The notes under the pieces were generated by a model. It was not told where the DNA came from, did no database searches, and worked only from the letters and a program-made list of their open reading frames with translations. From assembly GCA_951406725.2 (NCBI GenBank), contig OX597824.1, positions 1,550,001 through 1,614,000 of the forward strand: a DNA stretch of 64,000 bases, read 5' to 3'. This document shows, in pieces, positions 13,359-26,450 of this stretch. The first letter of the stretch is position 1; each line of letters begins with the position of its first letter. The stretch is from Octopus vulgaris (Eukaryota). The translations under genes and the position numbers were made by a program.

Positions 13359-14785
13359 TTGATGAAGGCAACGGAAAATGGATTTGGTAGAAATCTTTAT
13401 TCAACGCAACGATCATTTCAACCCATCCTGCAGCTGTCCCTTAAGGGTAGGATATTGTGCATGCAGTTGGGTTGCTGCAATTAATGCAGTCTGTGTCACG
13501 TCACACTGAGAGTAGAATAATTTTAGGGTTATTAGAATTACTAGATAGGTCTGACAACATATAACATAAATTAAAATAATAAAGGATAGAAAGTAAAACC
13601 TTTCAAATGATAGGACTTGAAAGGAAGAGGGATGGGTATACGTTTTTTGACATGAACACATATATAGACAAGGGACAGTCATTTAACGTAGCTATAAACA
13701 ACCAAGATGTTCGTAGACAAGTGGTTTCAGGCTCCCCACTGCGTAGTAAATTCTACGGTCGGTTGCAGATGACTGGGCCGACGCATTAAGGGCTGGTTCG
13801 GCGGACACGCTCAGATAGACACAGATATTTGTATATATACAAAGATGCACTGGCGGTAGGTTGGCACACCCTAACATCACAAGTATTCACGCTCACGCAC
13901 ACCCAAGTATTTGTATATATATAATTAATGAAAACAATGTTTTGAAAATACACCCACGACAAGTAAAAAGAAAAACGTATACTGAGTGAGGAAACGGATG
14001 GAAGACAGACACAGAAGGTCCCTAGATCTTCATCAATTATAGACGCACACACATACATATATTTAACGGAATGTTGAAATACGCCAAACTTATACGTATT
14101 TCCATACATAGTCATACATACACACGTAGACATACATATCTTTATCCATAGGTGTGTGTGTGTGTATCCCATTCACATATGGAATCCCGTATATAAGTAT
14201 CTAGACCACGCATTCGTATGCATTTATTTCTGTGCGTTTATATATCTACGCGTAAACGTCTCTCTCCCAGATGTGTATCGCACCTCATGGAGTGTATCTT
14301 AATATTTATTCTTCCACGCATACATCAGTAACACAATATTAACATACACCAGTAACACAAAGACTGTATATAACCAGACAATAACCACAATACGTATTGG
14401 ATAAAATGGAATTATAAAGATGTACATACATCTGGGTGAACATTGTACTTATAACATTCGCGGGTGCAATGACATGCAACGTACGACATGTAACATATTA
14501 CAGACATCATAAAGTGCTGGGGATTTACCCGGTTTTTCTGTGTGCGCGTTGGTATAATTTTTGGTAGCTTCTAAGTAAATTCACAAGGACAATTGTACAA
14601 TCAGTATATGTCGTAAAATATATTTTATACCAAACACCCGACGAGTTAGAAACTGTACTGGTTGATGCAACACAACTAGATGCACAATATGCTACCAGTA
14701 AGATGGCACAGCTGCAGGATGTGTCGCCGTGATCGTCGCGTTGAATGAAGACTCGTACCAAATCCATTTCCGTTTCCTTCACCAA
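13359..14785. repeat. Inverted repeat pair (about 13359-13492 and 14650-14785)
   Basis: ttgatgaaggcaacggaaaatggatttggtagaaatctttattcaacgcaacgatc matches the reverse complement of gatcgtcgcgttgaatgaagactcgtaccaaatccatttccgtttccttcaccaa; catcctgcagctgt and atattgtgcat are also shared. Confidence 0.85.
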
Positions 14786-15119
14786 TTATATATATGTTTA
14801 TATATATGACGCGCGTGCGCGTGTATCTGTGTGCACGCGTGCGTATGTGTGTGTGTGTGCTGGTTGTGAATGTGTGCTGTGATGTTGATTGTGTCTATTC
14901 ATATGTAAGAGGATGCATGTACATCTATAAACACACTTCTACATAAAGTGTTTTCAATTATATCTTTGTGCTGGACGCTTAGAATCTTAAATACGTTAAT
15001 TTATCAGAGACAAACAACGATTCCGCATACACTAAACACTGTATTCGTTAGTTCAGTCGATAACACATGGCAGCATGGGGAAGTTTTATACCTTTCCATG
15101 AATGTTCTGTTCTTTCAGA

Positions 15120-15285
15120 GAAGTGGATGGATGTGGAGAACTGGTGGTCATTGGATATTTCATACAATACGTAGACTTATTTATTCTGGGTGTCTGCGCT
15201 ACTTGTTCAAATCTCGCCTAGGCCAACTTCACTTTTCCCTTCTTTGCTGTCCATAAATTAAGTACAAATCAACTCCAGTGTTTGC
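15120..15285 (+). mobile_element. Decayed SINE (family B)
   Basis: gttcaaatctcgcctaggccaacttcacttttcccttctttgctgtccataaattaagtac parallels gttcaaattccgctgaggtcaactttgcctttcatcatttcggggtcgataaattaagtacc. Confidence 0.6.
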
Positions 15286-16646
15286 TTTACCATCTCTCTC
15301 TCTTTCTCTCTCTCTCTATCTCCCCCTCCATCTCTTTCTGTCACGCACGCTTGGAGATGGCAGCTTCAAGCCGTCCAGAAAGTTCTTCTCCCATCGTGGT
15401 TCCTATAATCCTTTCACCACAGTTCCGTTGAAATGATGAGAAGGAAAAAGTTCTTCAGTATTTCTTAAGGTTTCAGCAGAATTCATTTAACTGCTTGTTG
15501 ACTTCAAAAGATTGTTTGAAACCATCCGCAGATTGATTCACCACGTATCATATAATAGATATCTCTTTAGAGCAACTTCGTCAACGTATAATATTTATAT
15601 ATTCTATAAAGAGAGACGACGACTTCATTTCTTTTCTTTAGAGCCCCTTAATAACTCATAATGACTTCTGGCAATTCAAATTAACTGATGGTCGCTTTCT
15701 ATTGTTTCTACTAATCATCTTTTATCAGTGTGCTAATGAACCCATTCATTTGCATAAATCTTAATAGTCTACGTCTCACCGCAGTCTACCTCTGATGATT
15801 TCTCTTAGAAAACATCTCAAAAATGCGATCAGTAGTTCATATGTCAATATAATTCGCTTGGTTGGGGTTTTTTGTCTGAGGTAGAATCTCTTTCTCTCGT
15901 ATATGTAGTATTGTCACAGCCAACACCTCTAGTCTTCTGCTACGGTTGCTCCGTCGTACCAATACGCCATAATGCACACATCACAGTTTTTGAAACCTAT
16001 CCCAAATGTTAAAGCTTAAGAAATCAATACCTGGGTGTCAAATGAATAGAACCGTTAAGTCGCAGTAAACATCTTAATTTCCTCCTTGTACACAACACAG
16101 TTAAATTTCAAGGAAAACTTTTATTTATATCCGGATGATACTTTCCGGTGGAGAACATTAACTGCGAACAAGCAGTGCGATGTCAAACTATTTCAAAAGA
16201 AGACATCGATTCGACATATTTCTCTGTTGATTCCTCTTCGCCTGTCGTATTATCTCTTATTAGCTGTGTCTTGTCTTCCAATCTTTAACTAGATTGTCCT
16301 TTCACTAATCTAGCTATTAATGGCTTATTATTACCGTTTCCTCGCTTGTGTCTACATACACGTAAAGAATTGTATTTAAAACCACCATCATTATTAAAAA
16401 CCTATTATTTCACGAATACACTATAAATCGAGCTAATTCTCTTTTTGTGTAGACATAAACACAGCGGGTTTGGCTATTGACAGAATACTGACGTATTTCT
16501 GTTTCGAAGGTTCTGGAAAGATGAGCAGCAACATCAGCTGTGACTGAATATATGAACCAAAGAATATGTAAGACATACTACAGAACATTATTAACAAGGT
16601 CTCTACGATTTACTTTAAGTATATGGAGTATAACAGTATGTGTATG

Positions 16647-16706
<60 letters not shown>

Positions 16707-17043
16707 TATAATGCCAACAGCTAACTGGCAGGAACAATATACCGTAGAATCAAAGTAAGTATACGAGCGTGGTACTTTCTTTAAAAGAAAACACCTGACG
16801 AGATGCATCTGCATCGGAAGATGCAAAGCAACCAGTTGTACAGTATCCCACCCACAAGTGACCGATGCAACATGGGGCGAAACGATCGTTGTGATGAATG
16901 AAGATTCCCATGAATTCCATTTTCTGTTTCACACATTTTTTTTTATTAACTCAACGGGCAGTGCAGAATTCCTGAGGTACTTCCACTGACACTTATATCA
17001 AATTTGTGACTGGCAGCAAGTATATAGAGAAAGTCTAAATAAT

Positions 17044-17140
<97 letters not shown>

Positions 17141-17142
<2 letters not shown>

Positions 17143-17322
17143 GATAGATCGGTAGCCACAACACGCATTTTTTTTCTTTCCTTGTTTGTCTCCTTGTTCC
17201 TTTCTGTGGAAGAGCGTAGGCTCGAAATGTAAAAGACTTTGTCTATTCCTGAACGTTATACTAATACATCTGTTTGTTTTCTACACCGCCTGCCTTCGTC
17301 TTTTGTTTTTTCGTGAATTCTT

Positions 17323-17324
<2 letters not shown>
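17141..17324 (+). mobile_element. Short (TA)n-embedded dispersed repeat, Penelope pLTR-like, copy 1
   Basis: Homologous to 29604-29804; contains ctttctgtggaagagcgtaggctcgaaatgtaaaag, a hammerhead-like layout. Confidence 0.7.
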
Positions 17325-17366
<42 letters not shown>

Positions 17367-19194
17367 CATGCATACATACACAGACACATACACACACACA
17401 CATATATATATATATACATGTTATATACACACATCTGTACTCACAGCACACATGTACACGCACACACACACACACACACACACTATCCGCGCGCACACAC
17501 ACAAAAGTAAAGAAAATCTGGAAAACTCACATATGTTCGATAATCGATTTCGTTCTGCACCTTCCCAATACGCAACAAAATCACTCGAGACTATTTCAAT
17601 GTATCGTAACACCCAAGTAATTTGTTATTAATAAATACGGAAGCTTATCGTTAAACGTCTTTTTCCGGATTTTAAAGGATTATGAAGATGAACTTAAATA
17701 TCCTTAATAACAAATATTTTTTCTTTTAATTCTCACGTCTTGGATCAGAAAGGAATACTTACAGTGGTTTCCAGTCTTATATTAAAAGATTTTCCTTACT
17801 CCCTCTGCTATTTTCTGAACTTTCATTCTATCTTTATATTAATTGAATTCTAAAGTGTCCTTAGATTTACCATCGGTCGCTTTATATAATCTATTTGAAA
17901 CTTTTCAAGCAACAACATCGGACCCAAGGATTAGCAAGTGTTTCTCTTACCACGTTAGTCTGAAGATTGATATAATGTTTAACGAGATGTATAATTAAGA
18001 ATTAATTGGAGAAACAGATGCAGGCTATAAATAAATAAGATCTAGAACAGATAAAAATTACAATTACATAGTTAATGCCATTACATATAATGAATATAAT
18101 TAAATTGATGCGATAAAAATAATTTAATTAAATTTACATCATAGTTTAATGTACGCGTTTCTGCCTGTCCTGTCCTGGAAGACAATATGTAAATCATACA
18201 ATTACCAGTGTCAGAATAATTACAGTACCACCAATGCGCAATATTTTTTCCAATCATATTTTGTTATTAAAACTTTAATGAATTTACGTAATACTGCCTT
18301 AGTGAACAGGGCATGCAAATAACAGACTTAATTGGCGTTGTCATATTAATGAAATTAATTATATTAGATATATCAATTATTTTATTGCAATTGCTGGGTG
18401 TTTCTGATACTTGTTTATAGTTTGTACCATTAATTCCCTAAATTATGTATCTTGATTACATTTATCATACATTATATATCGACCTGCATATTAATGAGGT
18501 AAGAGAGACAATTGCATATACGTAATATCCACTGAATGCATTTTCAAATAGGCATGATGAAAGGCATACACATGCATACGCGACACGCTTACACACACAC
18601 ACACAATGGCACAAATTGTATATATGTAAGCATTCTTACATATGCAATTGCCCAGGTGAAAAGCAAGGAGAAGCAAGGACAAGTCCAACAACGTTCAGAG
18701 ATTGTGCTTCCGCGAGTAATGAAAAACCTTCATGCCAAACGTGGTGGAGTTTGACCCAGCTGTTTGGCTGTGCAGAGAGGAAACACACACACACACGTAC
18801 ACACATACGTACACACACACGTACACACACACGTACACATACACACAGTGAATTTTATAGATACCGTGCTTATGGAAATCACTTTTTCATTGTACACCAA
18901 TTAAAGGACACACTGAAAACACTCTCTAGTTAGAAGTTCTACAAACTTAAACTCTGATTGATTTCAGAATTTATTTTAATAACTTTGTTTATACTCACGT
19001 CATCTGACAAATTTTTTCTGAAAATATATTTCTTTATCAGAATATATATATTTATTTACGTTAACATTCTTTAAACTTCCGAGCAGCGCCGGGTACTTAG
19101 GCCAGTGTATGTATATATATATCCATGCTTACTTATGTAAGAGAGATAGAATTAGAGAAAGAGAGAGAAGAGAGGGAGAGGAAGAGATAGAGAG

Positions 19195-19305
<111 letters not shown>

Positions 19306-19767
19306 TGAAAGCTTAATATATTGCATATTTTGCAATTCAGTTCAGAGAAAACTTTAAAAAATGAGAAGGATTTTCTGAATAAACTAAGAATATCTCGTTT
19401 ACGCTGTAATGATTTGCTTTAAAGGTAAGGCTTACCTGTTCTGCTTGACGAACGAGTAAATGTGAGAAGGCTCATGAGATATTATGGATAGAAAAAGCAA
19501 TCGTGAAAACCTTTCAAATTACGAGAATACAAGAATGACAGGTAGCGGTCGGCTTACATAATTACCAATAAAAGAATCTATGGCTGGTAAGGTGTATTGA
19601 AACAGAATTTACTGATTATTGGATAAACTACAGTTTGCTTATTGAACATGTGTGGAATATTCCGTAGACTTTCTTTACATATGGATTGTGTTCTTTGTAA
19701 CTGATGGAATAGCTCTCTAATATGAACTTTCTAACATGTAATATAATATAAATGTGTGTATATATAT

Positions 19768-19838
<71 letters not shown>

Positions 19839-19869
19839 TGGCTGAAGATTGCTCGAGATTTTAAAACTG

Positions 19870-19953
19870 ATGTAATACTTACAGTGTTTAATAAAATGAA
19901 GTAGCATGAAACAATTGTACAATACTACCTTAGATATACTTGTTGCTTATTTG
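19870..19953 (+). repeat. Dispersed repeat homologous to the arms of the 34590-34773 palindrome
   Basis: tacttacagtgtttaataaaatgaagtagcatgaaacaattgtac...ttgttgcttattt is nearly identical to 34689-34765. Confidence 0.85.
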
Positions 19954-21382
19954 TACGATGCAGTGGATGTTGTATCATAGAAAATCTGATAATATTCGCC
20001 TCGTTCTGATAATTATACATTAAATATAAAATGTCTATAAACAGATTTCGTCGCAAATAAACTCACAATATCCTGCTTTGCATTGATGCATTTAATTGAA
20101 ACATGATACACCGATGGATTTTAATTTAATGCCGTTTCAAATCCCCGTCATTTTGTTTGTTACAGAATAGTAAACCTTCCGCAATATCCATTAATATTTT
20201 CTTCTCTGTTTGTTATATATTGGAAGGCAAACATTTCGTTCAGGCAGGTGAGATGTAGGTAGATGCAAATGACAAAGCCTAAGTGCTCCGAAACGTGTCT
20301 GACGCCCATGCGAGTTACTACTGAAACGATGTCCGCATCAATGCGACATATATTGTGTTTAAAACAATACATCTTTGAAGCGATTTTCTCTCACACAAAA
20401 TCTATTGCACCGTACTTTCATGTGGTATAAATACGTGAAATCTGATACACAATAAGCCAATAAGTGAAATATATTATGGCGACGTTCTTGTCGCATTGCT
20501 TTCCTTCCTGATGCAGTGCTAAGTTTCCAATTAAATCACATTGGCGATATATTTCAGTTTTAATTAGGAATTGATTCTCTAAACACTATAATACTGCCAG
20601 AAAAAGTCATAAAGCCTTAATGTGTTCCATTTATTGTATTGAGAGTGAAATCAAATACTGAAAGGTGGGTAACATTTATGCAAATGATTAATCTAAATAC
20701 ATAAGCATCTTTCCCATCCTGCTCTTCAACTCATATCTAATTTTATCCTGATAACGTTCATTAATGGTTAATAATCTTAGATATATATTTCACATCTTTC
20801 ACACTCCATTAGTTAGATTAATCAACGAATCTTTTGAAGTCTTTTCTTCATCAGATTTTTATCCTTATAAATTACTAATTTATTGTTTATCACATCTAAT
20901 GATATTTGCATAAACACTATTTAGTAGAATTATTCATTTTTGCATCAAGATAAGGAAACAAAATGGATTGTAGAATATTTTAAAACATTTATGTGATTAT
21001 GTCCGTGCTAAACATAGTGTTTAAACGATTTGCTACCACATTTATGTTGAAATACACGGTTATTACGGGAGGTTTGGGCCAATGTCAATACAATTTATAT
21101 GGAAAAAGACGTAATTAAATCTTACAAGTTCTTACGTCCATTCACAATCCTAACGCTAGTAACAGCGATAACACTAATTATAGTTGTACGTTAAGTAGTT
21201 TAAAACATCCACTAATTGGATTAAATAGAATATGACAGCTGCTAATAGATAACCAGTATTGTTACCTCAAATGCGCAACAGATTATAGGACTATTTGTGG
21301 TGCAGAAGCATGTGGAATAGCATGGATTATGAATCTTAAAAGCTACACATGACGTAAGAAAAACATCATATGCATATATATA

Positions 21383-21505
21383 TAAGTTAAGTTAAGTTAA
21401 TTTTTTTGGCTTAATAAGCAAAAAGCAAGGCCATGTAGGGGGACATGGAGTTATCTACAGGGAGGGTGTTCATGCAAAGATTTCAGGCCATTTCTGAACT
21501 CTTTG
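21383..21505 (-). mobile_element. Probable 3' end of a non-LTR retrotransposon with a (TTAAC)n tail
   Basis: The minus strand reads gtccccctacatggccttgctttttgcttattaagccaaaaaaattaacttaacttaactt; a short tandem tail is typical of LINE 3' ends. Family not identified. Confidence 0.45.
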
Positions 21506-21794
21506 CATGTATGTATATGTGTGTGTGTGTATGTAAGTATTATCATATGTAAGTAATTCTGGAAACTTCTGGATATATAATAAAGATAAAAGTTGTATGA
21601 ATAAAAGTTCAACAAATGAATAAACAAGAATTTAATAAAATCACTATATGACACCTGGTCGCCTGCTTGAAAGCATGACAAAAGCGACAGGAATTTAGTG
21701 AGAAGTTCACAGAAGTGTAACGAAATATTTGACATTGATAGTCGAAAATTAAAATTGAAATATATATTAAAAAAATTAATAAATTCAATAACTT

Positions 21795-21826
21795 TAATAA
21801 TAATAATAATAATAATAATAATGATG

Positions 21827-21898
<72 letters not shown>

Positions 21899-21900
21899 TA
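21795..21900. repeat. (AAT)n microsatellite
   Basis: Directly visible. Confidence 0.98.
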
Positions 21901-23103
21901 ATGACAACAGGAACAATACCGATAATCATTATATGTGTTTAATTATTGACAAAGATGACAGAAAACGCAATATTAATTTTGTTTTCAAATGTATTGTTAT
22001 ATTCACACCTTTTTAAAATTTGTCAGACACGTATTAAAATTCTGTGACATGTTATAAAAATACGATTTTTCTATGTTCATTATTTTGAAATTTTATATTT
22101 TAAATTATTTACCAGTTTATTGTAGAAGTTATATGTTAAAAATTTAACTTTTAAATACTCTAATGCATATTTTTCTGAAATTCTATGAACGATAAATTAG
22201 TTTTCCTTTCCGTCTACTTTTTCAAATTCTTCTCGTAAATTCTTTGTTCTTAATTTGTTCGAATACAAACGTAGCGTATGACAACTTGACAAACATATAT
22301 CGCTTCTTTTCTTATCTAACTTTACATCGATATTGATAAACAAATACGGTCTTCCATCTGGAACTAATGGGGTTATATTTCTGTATATAATGATTTGATT
22401 TACAAAAGGGTTCCTAACAGAATGACAGACTAACGATAAATCGGGGTTTCTAATTAACCTCATACTCTCAGATGCGAGAATTTCTCGATCTTCTTTTTCT
22501 GTCACAACTATAATAATCGCTGTTCCAGCTGAGTTCATTTATTGGGAATTTTCGCCCTCCTTCATCATGATTTTGCCTTTGTCCCCTCCAGACATCGCAA
22601 CAAACCTCTAGCCTCTCCTTCTCAGAATGTCGGCTCTCCAGAATTCCATTTCTGCTCAAGTACTCCTTTCAAAAGCTCATTTAAAATGGTCCAGGAGGAA
22701 TATTAACGACACCAATGACATAGTATGTTCTCTCAATTCAAACGACCGAATATTTAAGACAGTAAATGTGCTTCTCACAGTCACGCAGTGAGTTCAATAT
22801 TTTCTGCGAGACAGGAAAGCTGAAGATATCAGTGACATACGATGAGTGATGTTTCGCTCATATAGTTAACGCTTCTGGAGAGGAGCAGAAGCAAGATAAC
22901 TGAAAATTAGCAGCAGATTATATCGATCAAAAAAATTCGAAGATAATTAACTTGTTTTCTGTTAATTATCCTTTCCTACATATACATACTTGTAAAAAAG
23001 CTGATGCAAAAAGTTATTGTATGTAGTAATTGTTGTCACTATATCGATGCCTGAATGACTGACGCTCTCTCTCTCTCTCTCTCACACATTTTCTTTTTCT
23101 CTA

Positions 23104-23143
<40 letters not shown>

Positions 23144-23929
23144 ACACACACACTTTCTCTCTTTCTCTATTTAACTAAACTTTCGTATCTTAATCAAACT
23201 GTTACAATCTTGCCAGCTTCACTTGTATTATTTTACCATAATATCTTTTTACAAAATCAAAGTCAAGATAAAAGAACCTACGTGGCATGATAGCAAGATT
23301 TATTAAAGATACGAGTTAATGAAAGATAGATTTCAATAGAAAGAGATATATTGAGTACGAATCAGAAGTCAGAGAAAGAAATACAATACACACACACACA
23401 GATACACACATGCGCGCACGCGTATTTAGAATGAGAGAAAAATACAATGAATGACAAAGAGAAAGTAAAAGCTAAGATATATTTGATGTTTAGTTTGAAC
23501 AACATAAATTATTAATGTTTGAATTGAAACTCGACAGCATCATTGGAGCGAATTGCGATAAAAGGCTTTCAATTCATGACAATGTCGTTTTATATTTTAC
23601 CAGTTTAGACTATTTAATACCACATTCTTCAGTGGAAGCTTATTTTTGTTTTAAAGCCGAATGTCTTCGTTCCATGGAACGATCGGTTACAATTTCTAGC
23701 AAGCTAAGAAACTTAATAGAATCCATAGTGTTTTCTTTCTTATTCATCAAACTTTGCTGTGTGGGTTCAGAAGTAAGTCAATACAGAAATTTCATCCTCT
23801 TCGTAGAGAATCATCAACGAGAAAACACAGCTGATGATAACAACACGATATTGAGTGCAATAGAAACTCGAGACCTAAATATATAAATCTATAGGAAGAA
23901 ATAAACACTACAAAAGTGAAATTATTAGC

Positions 23930-25172
23930 GAGCTACGTAAAACCAAATAAAAAACAGGGAAAATCTTCCGAAAATCTAAAATTCGCATAAAAATAAAAAA
24001 GAATCTTATCAAAATATATGACGGTTCACTTTAGTTACTTCTAAATGAAATCAATAATGAAGTAAGAAATATACACAGGCGATCTATGCGACAGCCTTTG
24101 CAGCGTAGAGTGTATTAGGAATCAAGCCGAAGGTATTAGCGTGGAAGTCTAAGATCCGAAAAGAAACAGATGCCCTCAGAGGAGAACTCTCGATCTTGGA
24201 TGAATTAGCATGCACTGTTAATATTAATTCCCAAAAACATTTAAAAACGAAACAGATATACGGAATTTCAAAATAATGGTGAAATACTTAGAGCTAGGGA
24301 GACACGCGAGTCAGAAATTTCATTAAAAGAACAAAGATGAAGATTTGAAAAACGTACATATTTCTTCAGGCAACATAAAATATTTCAGATTGGTGCAAAG
24401 AACTTTTTTGGGGGGGAGATAAGAAAAACAAGGATAGCGGTTCAAAATTCTCCCTCGAATACTGAACTTCGTAAATTTTTTGTGGAAAATATGGAGCAGT
24501 TTAAAATAACACAAAATGACAGCGGAACAGATAGAAAGAACAAAAAAAAAAAAAAAAAGCTGGAATTATAGTTAACGAACAGCATAACTTTCCTTCTGAA
24601 ATCTGACGAGATCTATGTCCCCCAAAACTGGATGCTTATCATTTGTCTATCCACTTCATAAAAATTGCTTACATCTCTCATAGCAACATAGGCATATACA
24701 TATCTGAAAAACAAGAATATCTTATCTCTTGAAAAGAAGAGCCATAAAAGAGGTTCAAATGCCTGCAAAATTCAAGAAAATGATAATTGAAAACTTATGA
24801 TGGGAGGCGAAAAACTAAGCACTGCATGGATAGCTAACAGCAACGACTTCAATAGTGTGCCTTTCCCTTGGATTGACCTGACGTTCCAAAATGAAAGAAA
24901 AGATAAAGATAAAAACGGTAAGAACAGAGTAAGAACTTTCCTTAAAACGGAGTCTAACTCACAAAACCGATTTAAAGCATCAAATGGTTTAGCGATACCA
25001 GTTGTTCAATGAAGCTTTAACGTAATTAATTGGACTCTCTAAGATATCACAATTGATGGACGAGAAAACCAGAAAAACTCTTAAATCCACGCAATATGCA
25101 GTATTTTGGAATCGCTATTGAACAGCTATATCTCCTTAGGAATTTTGGCGCGAAGAATTCTTGCAGTTCCAA
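23930..25172 (+). mobile_element. Decayed R4/Dong-like (RLE-type) LINE fragment with internal deletions
   Basis: Broken peptides RENLPKI, AWKSKIRKETDALRGELSILDEL, RFEKRTYFFRQHKIFQIGAKNFF, LSTAWIANSNDFNSVPFPWI (cf. AWIDYKKAFDSVPH), RVRTFLKTESNSQNRFKASNGLAIPVVQ*SFNVINW and IEQLYLLR follow the order of R4-clade ORFs. Confidence 0.8.
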
Positions 25173-25290
25173 GCAATGCTGACTTTTATAAGTGTTCTAC
25201 CTTCACACTTCCACCGATCTTTCTCAGGGCGGGTGAAGGATAAGAGATATTACAGTATGACTGGAAGCATATAAATAAACTCGCGTGCTA

Positions 25291-25321
<31 letters not shown>

Positions 25322-25491
25322 AACCTATGTACGTATGCACATGTACATATGTAAACAAATCTGCTCACAGGTTTAAGTTTGGCGCGCTGTTGGTTGGGGC
25401 ATTTGAATTATAACGTCGGATGTAATCAATTGAACCACACGCGTATTTATCGTTATGGTAAAATCTGGCGTGTGATTGAGTGGATTTCATC

Positions 25492-25588
25492 CAGATAGTC
25501 TTGGCTGACGAGCTACAAATGGATTTTTTTTGTAAGTAAAATTACATTTAATTCATTAATAGCGAAACAATTGTCCCAAAATAATCTG
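25492..25588 (+). ncRNA. Type I hammerhead ribozyme, copy 1 (predicted cleavage after C25575)
   Basis: ttgg-CTGACGA-GCTA...TAGC-GAA-ACAATTGT-C-ccaa: full conserved core, stem II GCTA/TAGC with an extendable hairpin, palindromic stem III, GUC triplet, and stem I ttgg/ccaa extended by cagat/atctg. Confidence 0.88.
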
Positions 25589-26027
25589 TATTTTTGTTAT
25601 TTTTTATTTGCCCTGTCCGTGTGAGCTAACAATCGTACTGACTTTCATGGTAAGCATGTATTTTCGTGGTTGAAACCTTTTGGATTAACTGGTGCTAGAG
25701 TGAGCAATATAGTGACCACTCTCTTATATTTATTTTGTAAAAATATTATAATATGTTATAAAATATTATAATAATCCAGGTTTCTCGAAGCACTAGGCCA
25801 CTTGGTGTTGAATAAATATACTATTAAATTAGTATCTAATTCTCTCACCCTTATTAATTAATTATAATTATGCTGCATTTATTTCTAAATGCTGTATTTG
25901 TTTTCCGTGAAAGTTTGGCGCGCTGTTGGTTGGGGCATTTGAATTATAACGTCGGATGTAATCAATTGAACCACACGCGTATTTATCGTTATGGTAAAAT
26001 CTGGCGTGTGATTGAGTGGATTTCATC

Positions 26028-26124
26028 CAGATAGTCTTGGCTGACGAGCTACAAATGGATTTTTTTTGTAAGTAAAATTACATTTAATTCATTAATAGCG
26101 AAACAATTGTCCCAAAATAATCTG
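26028..26124 (+). ncRNA. Type I hammerhead ribozyme, copy 2 (predicted cleavage after C26111)
   Basis: Identical motif; CTGACGA at 26041-26047 and GAAACAATTGTC ending at 26111. Confidence 0.88.
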
Positions 26125-26394
26125 TATTTTTGTTATTTTTTATTTGCCCTGTCCGTGTGAGCTAACAATCGTACTGACTTTCATGGTAAGCATGTATTTT
26201 CGTGGTTGAAACCTTTTGGATTAACTGGTGCTAGAGTGAGCAATATAGTGACCACTCTCTTATATTTATTTTGTAAAAATATTATAATATGTTATAAAAT
26301 ATTATAATAATCCAGGTTTCTCGAAGCACTAGGCCACTTGGTGTTGAATAAATATACTATTAAATTAGTATCTAATTCTCTCACCCTTATTAAT

Positions 26395-26450
<56 letters not shown>

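Larger units (their letters stand above)
25375..26397 (+). mobile_element. Tandem direct repeat (2 x 487 bp, 49-bp spacer, period 536) carrying hammerhead ribozymes; retrozyme or Penelope-pLTR-like
   Basis: 25375-25861 and 25911-26397 are identical wherever I compared them. (TA)n tracts lie nearby on both sides and no ORF is present. Confidence 0.9.

Noticed and set aside
16795-16825. CTGACGA-GATGCA-tc-TGCATC-GGAA hammerhead-like motif
   Set aside because: Good stem II, but GAAA is altered and stems I and III cannot be formed.
21609-21929. Poly-Leu / poly-Ile signal-peptide-like ORFs
   Set aside because: (AAT)n microsatellite.
22197-22680. 113-aa minus-strand ORF and upstream broken frame
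   Set aside because: May be a decayed LINE ORF1-like piece, but I see no diagnostic motif, so it is not called.
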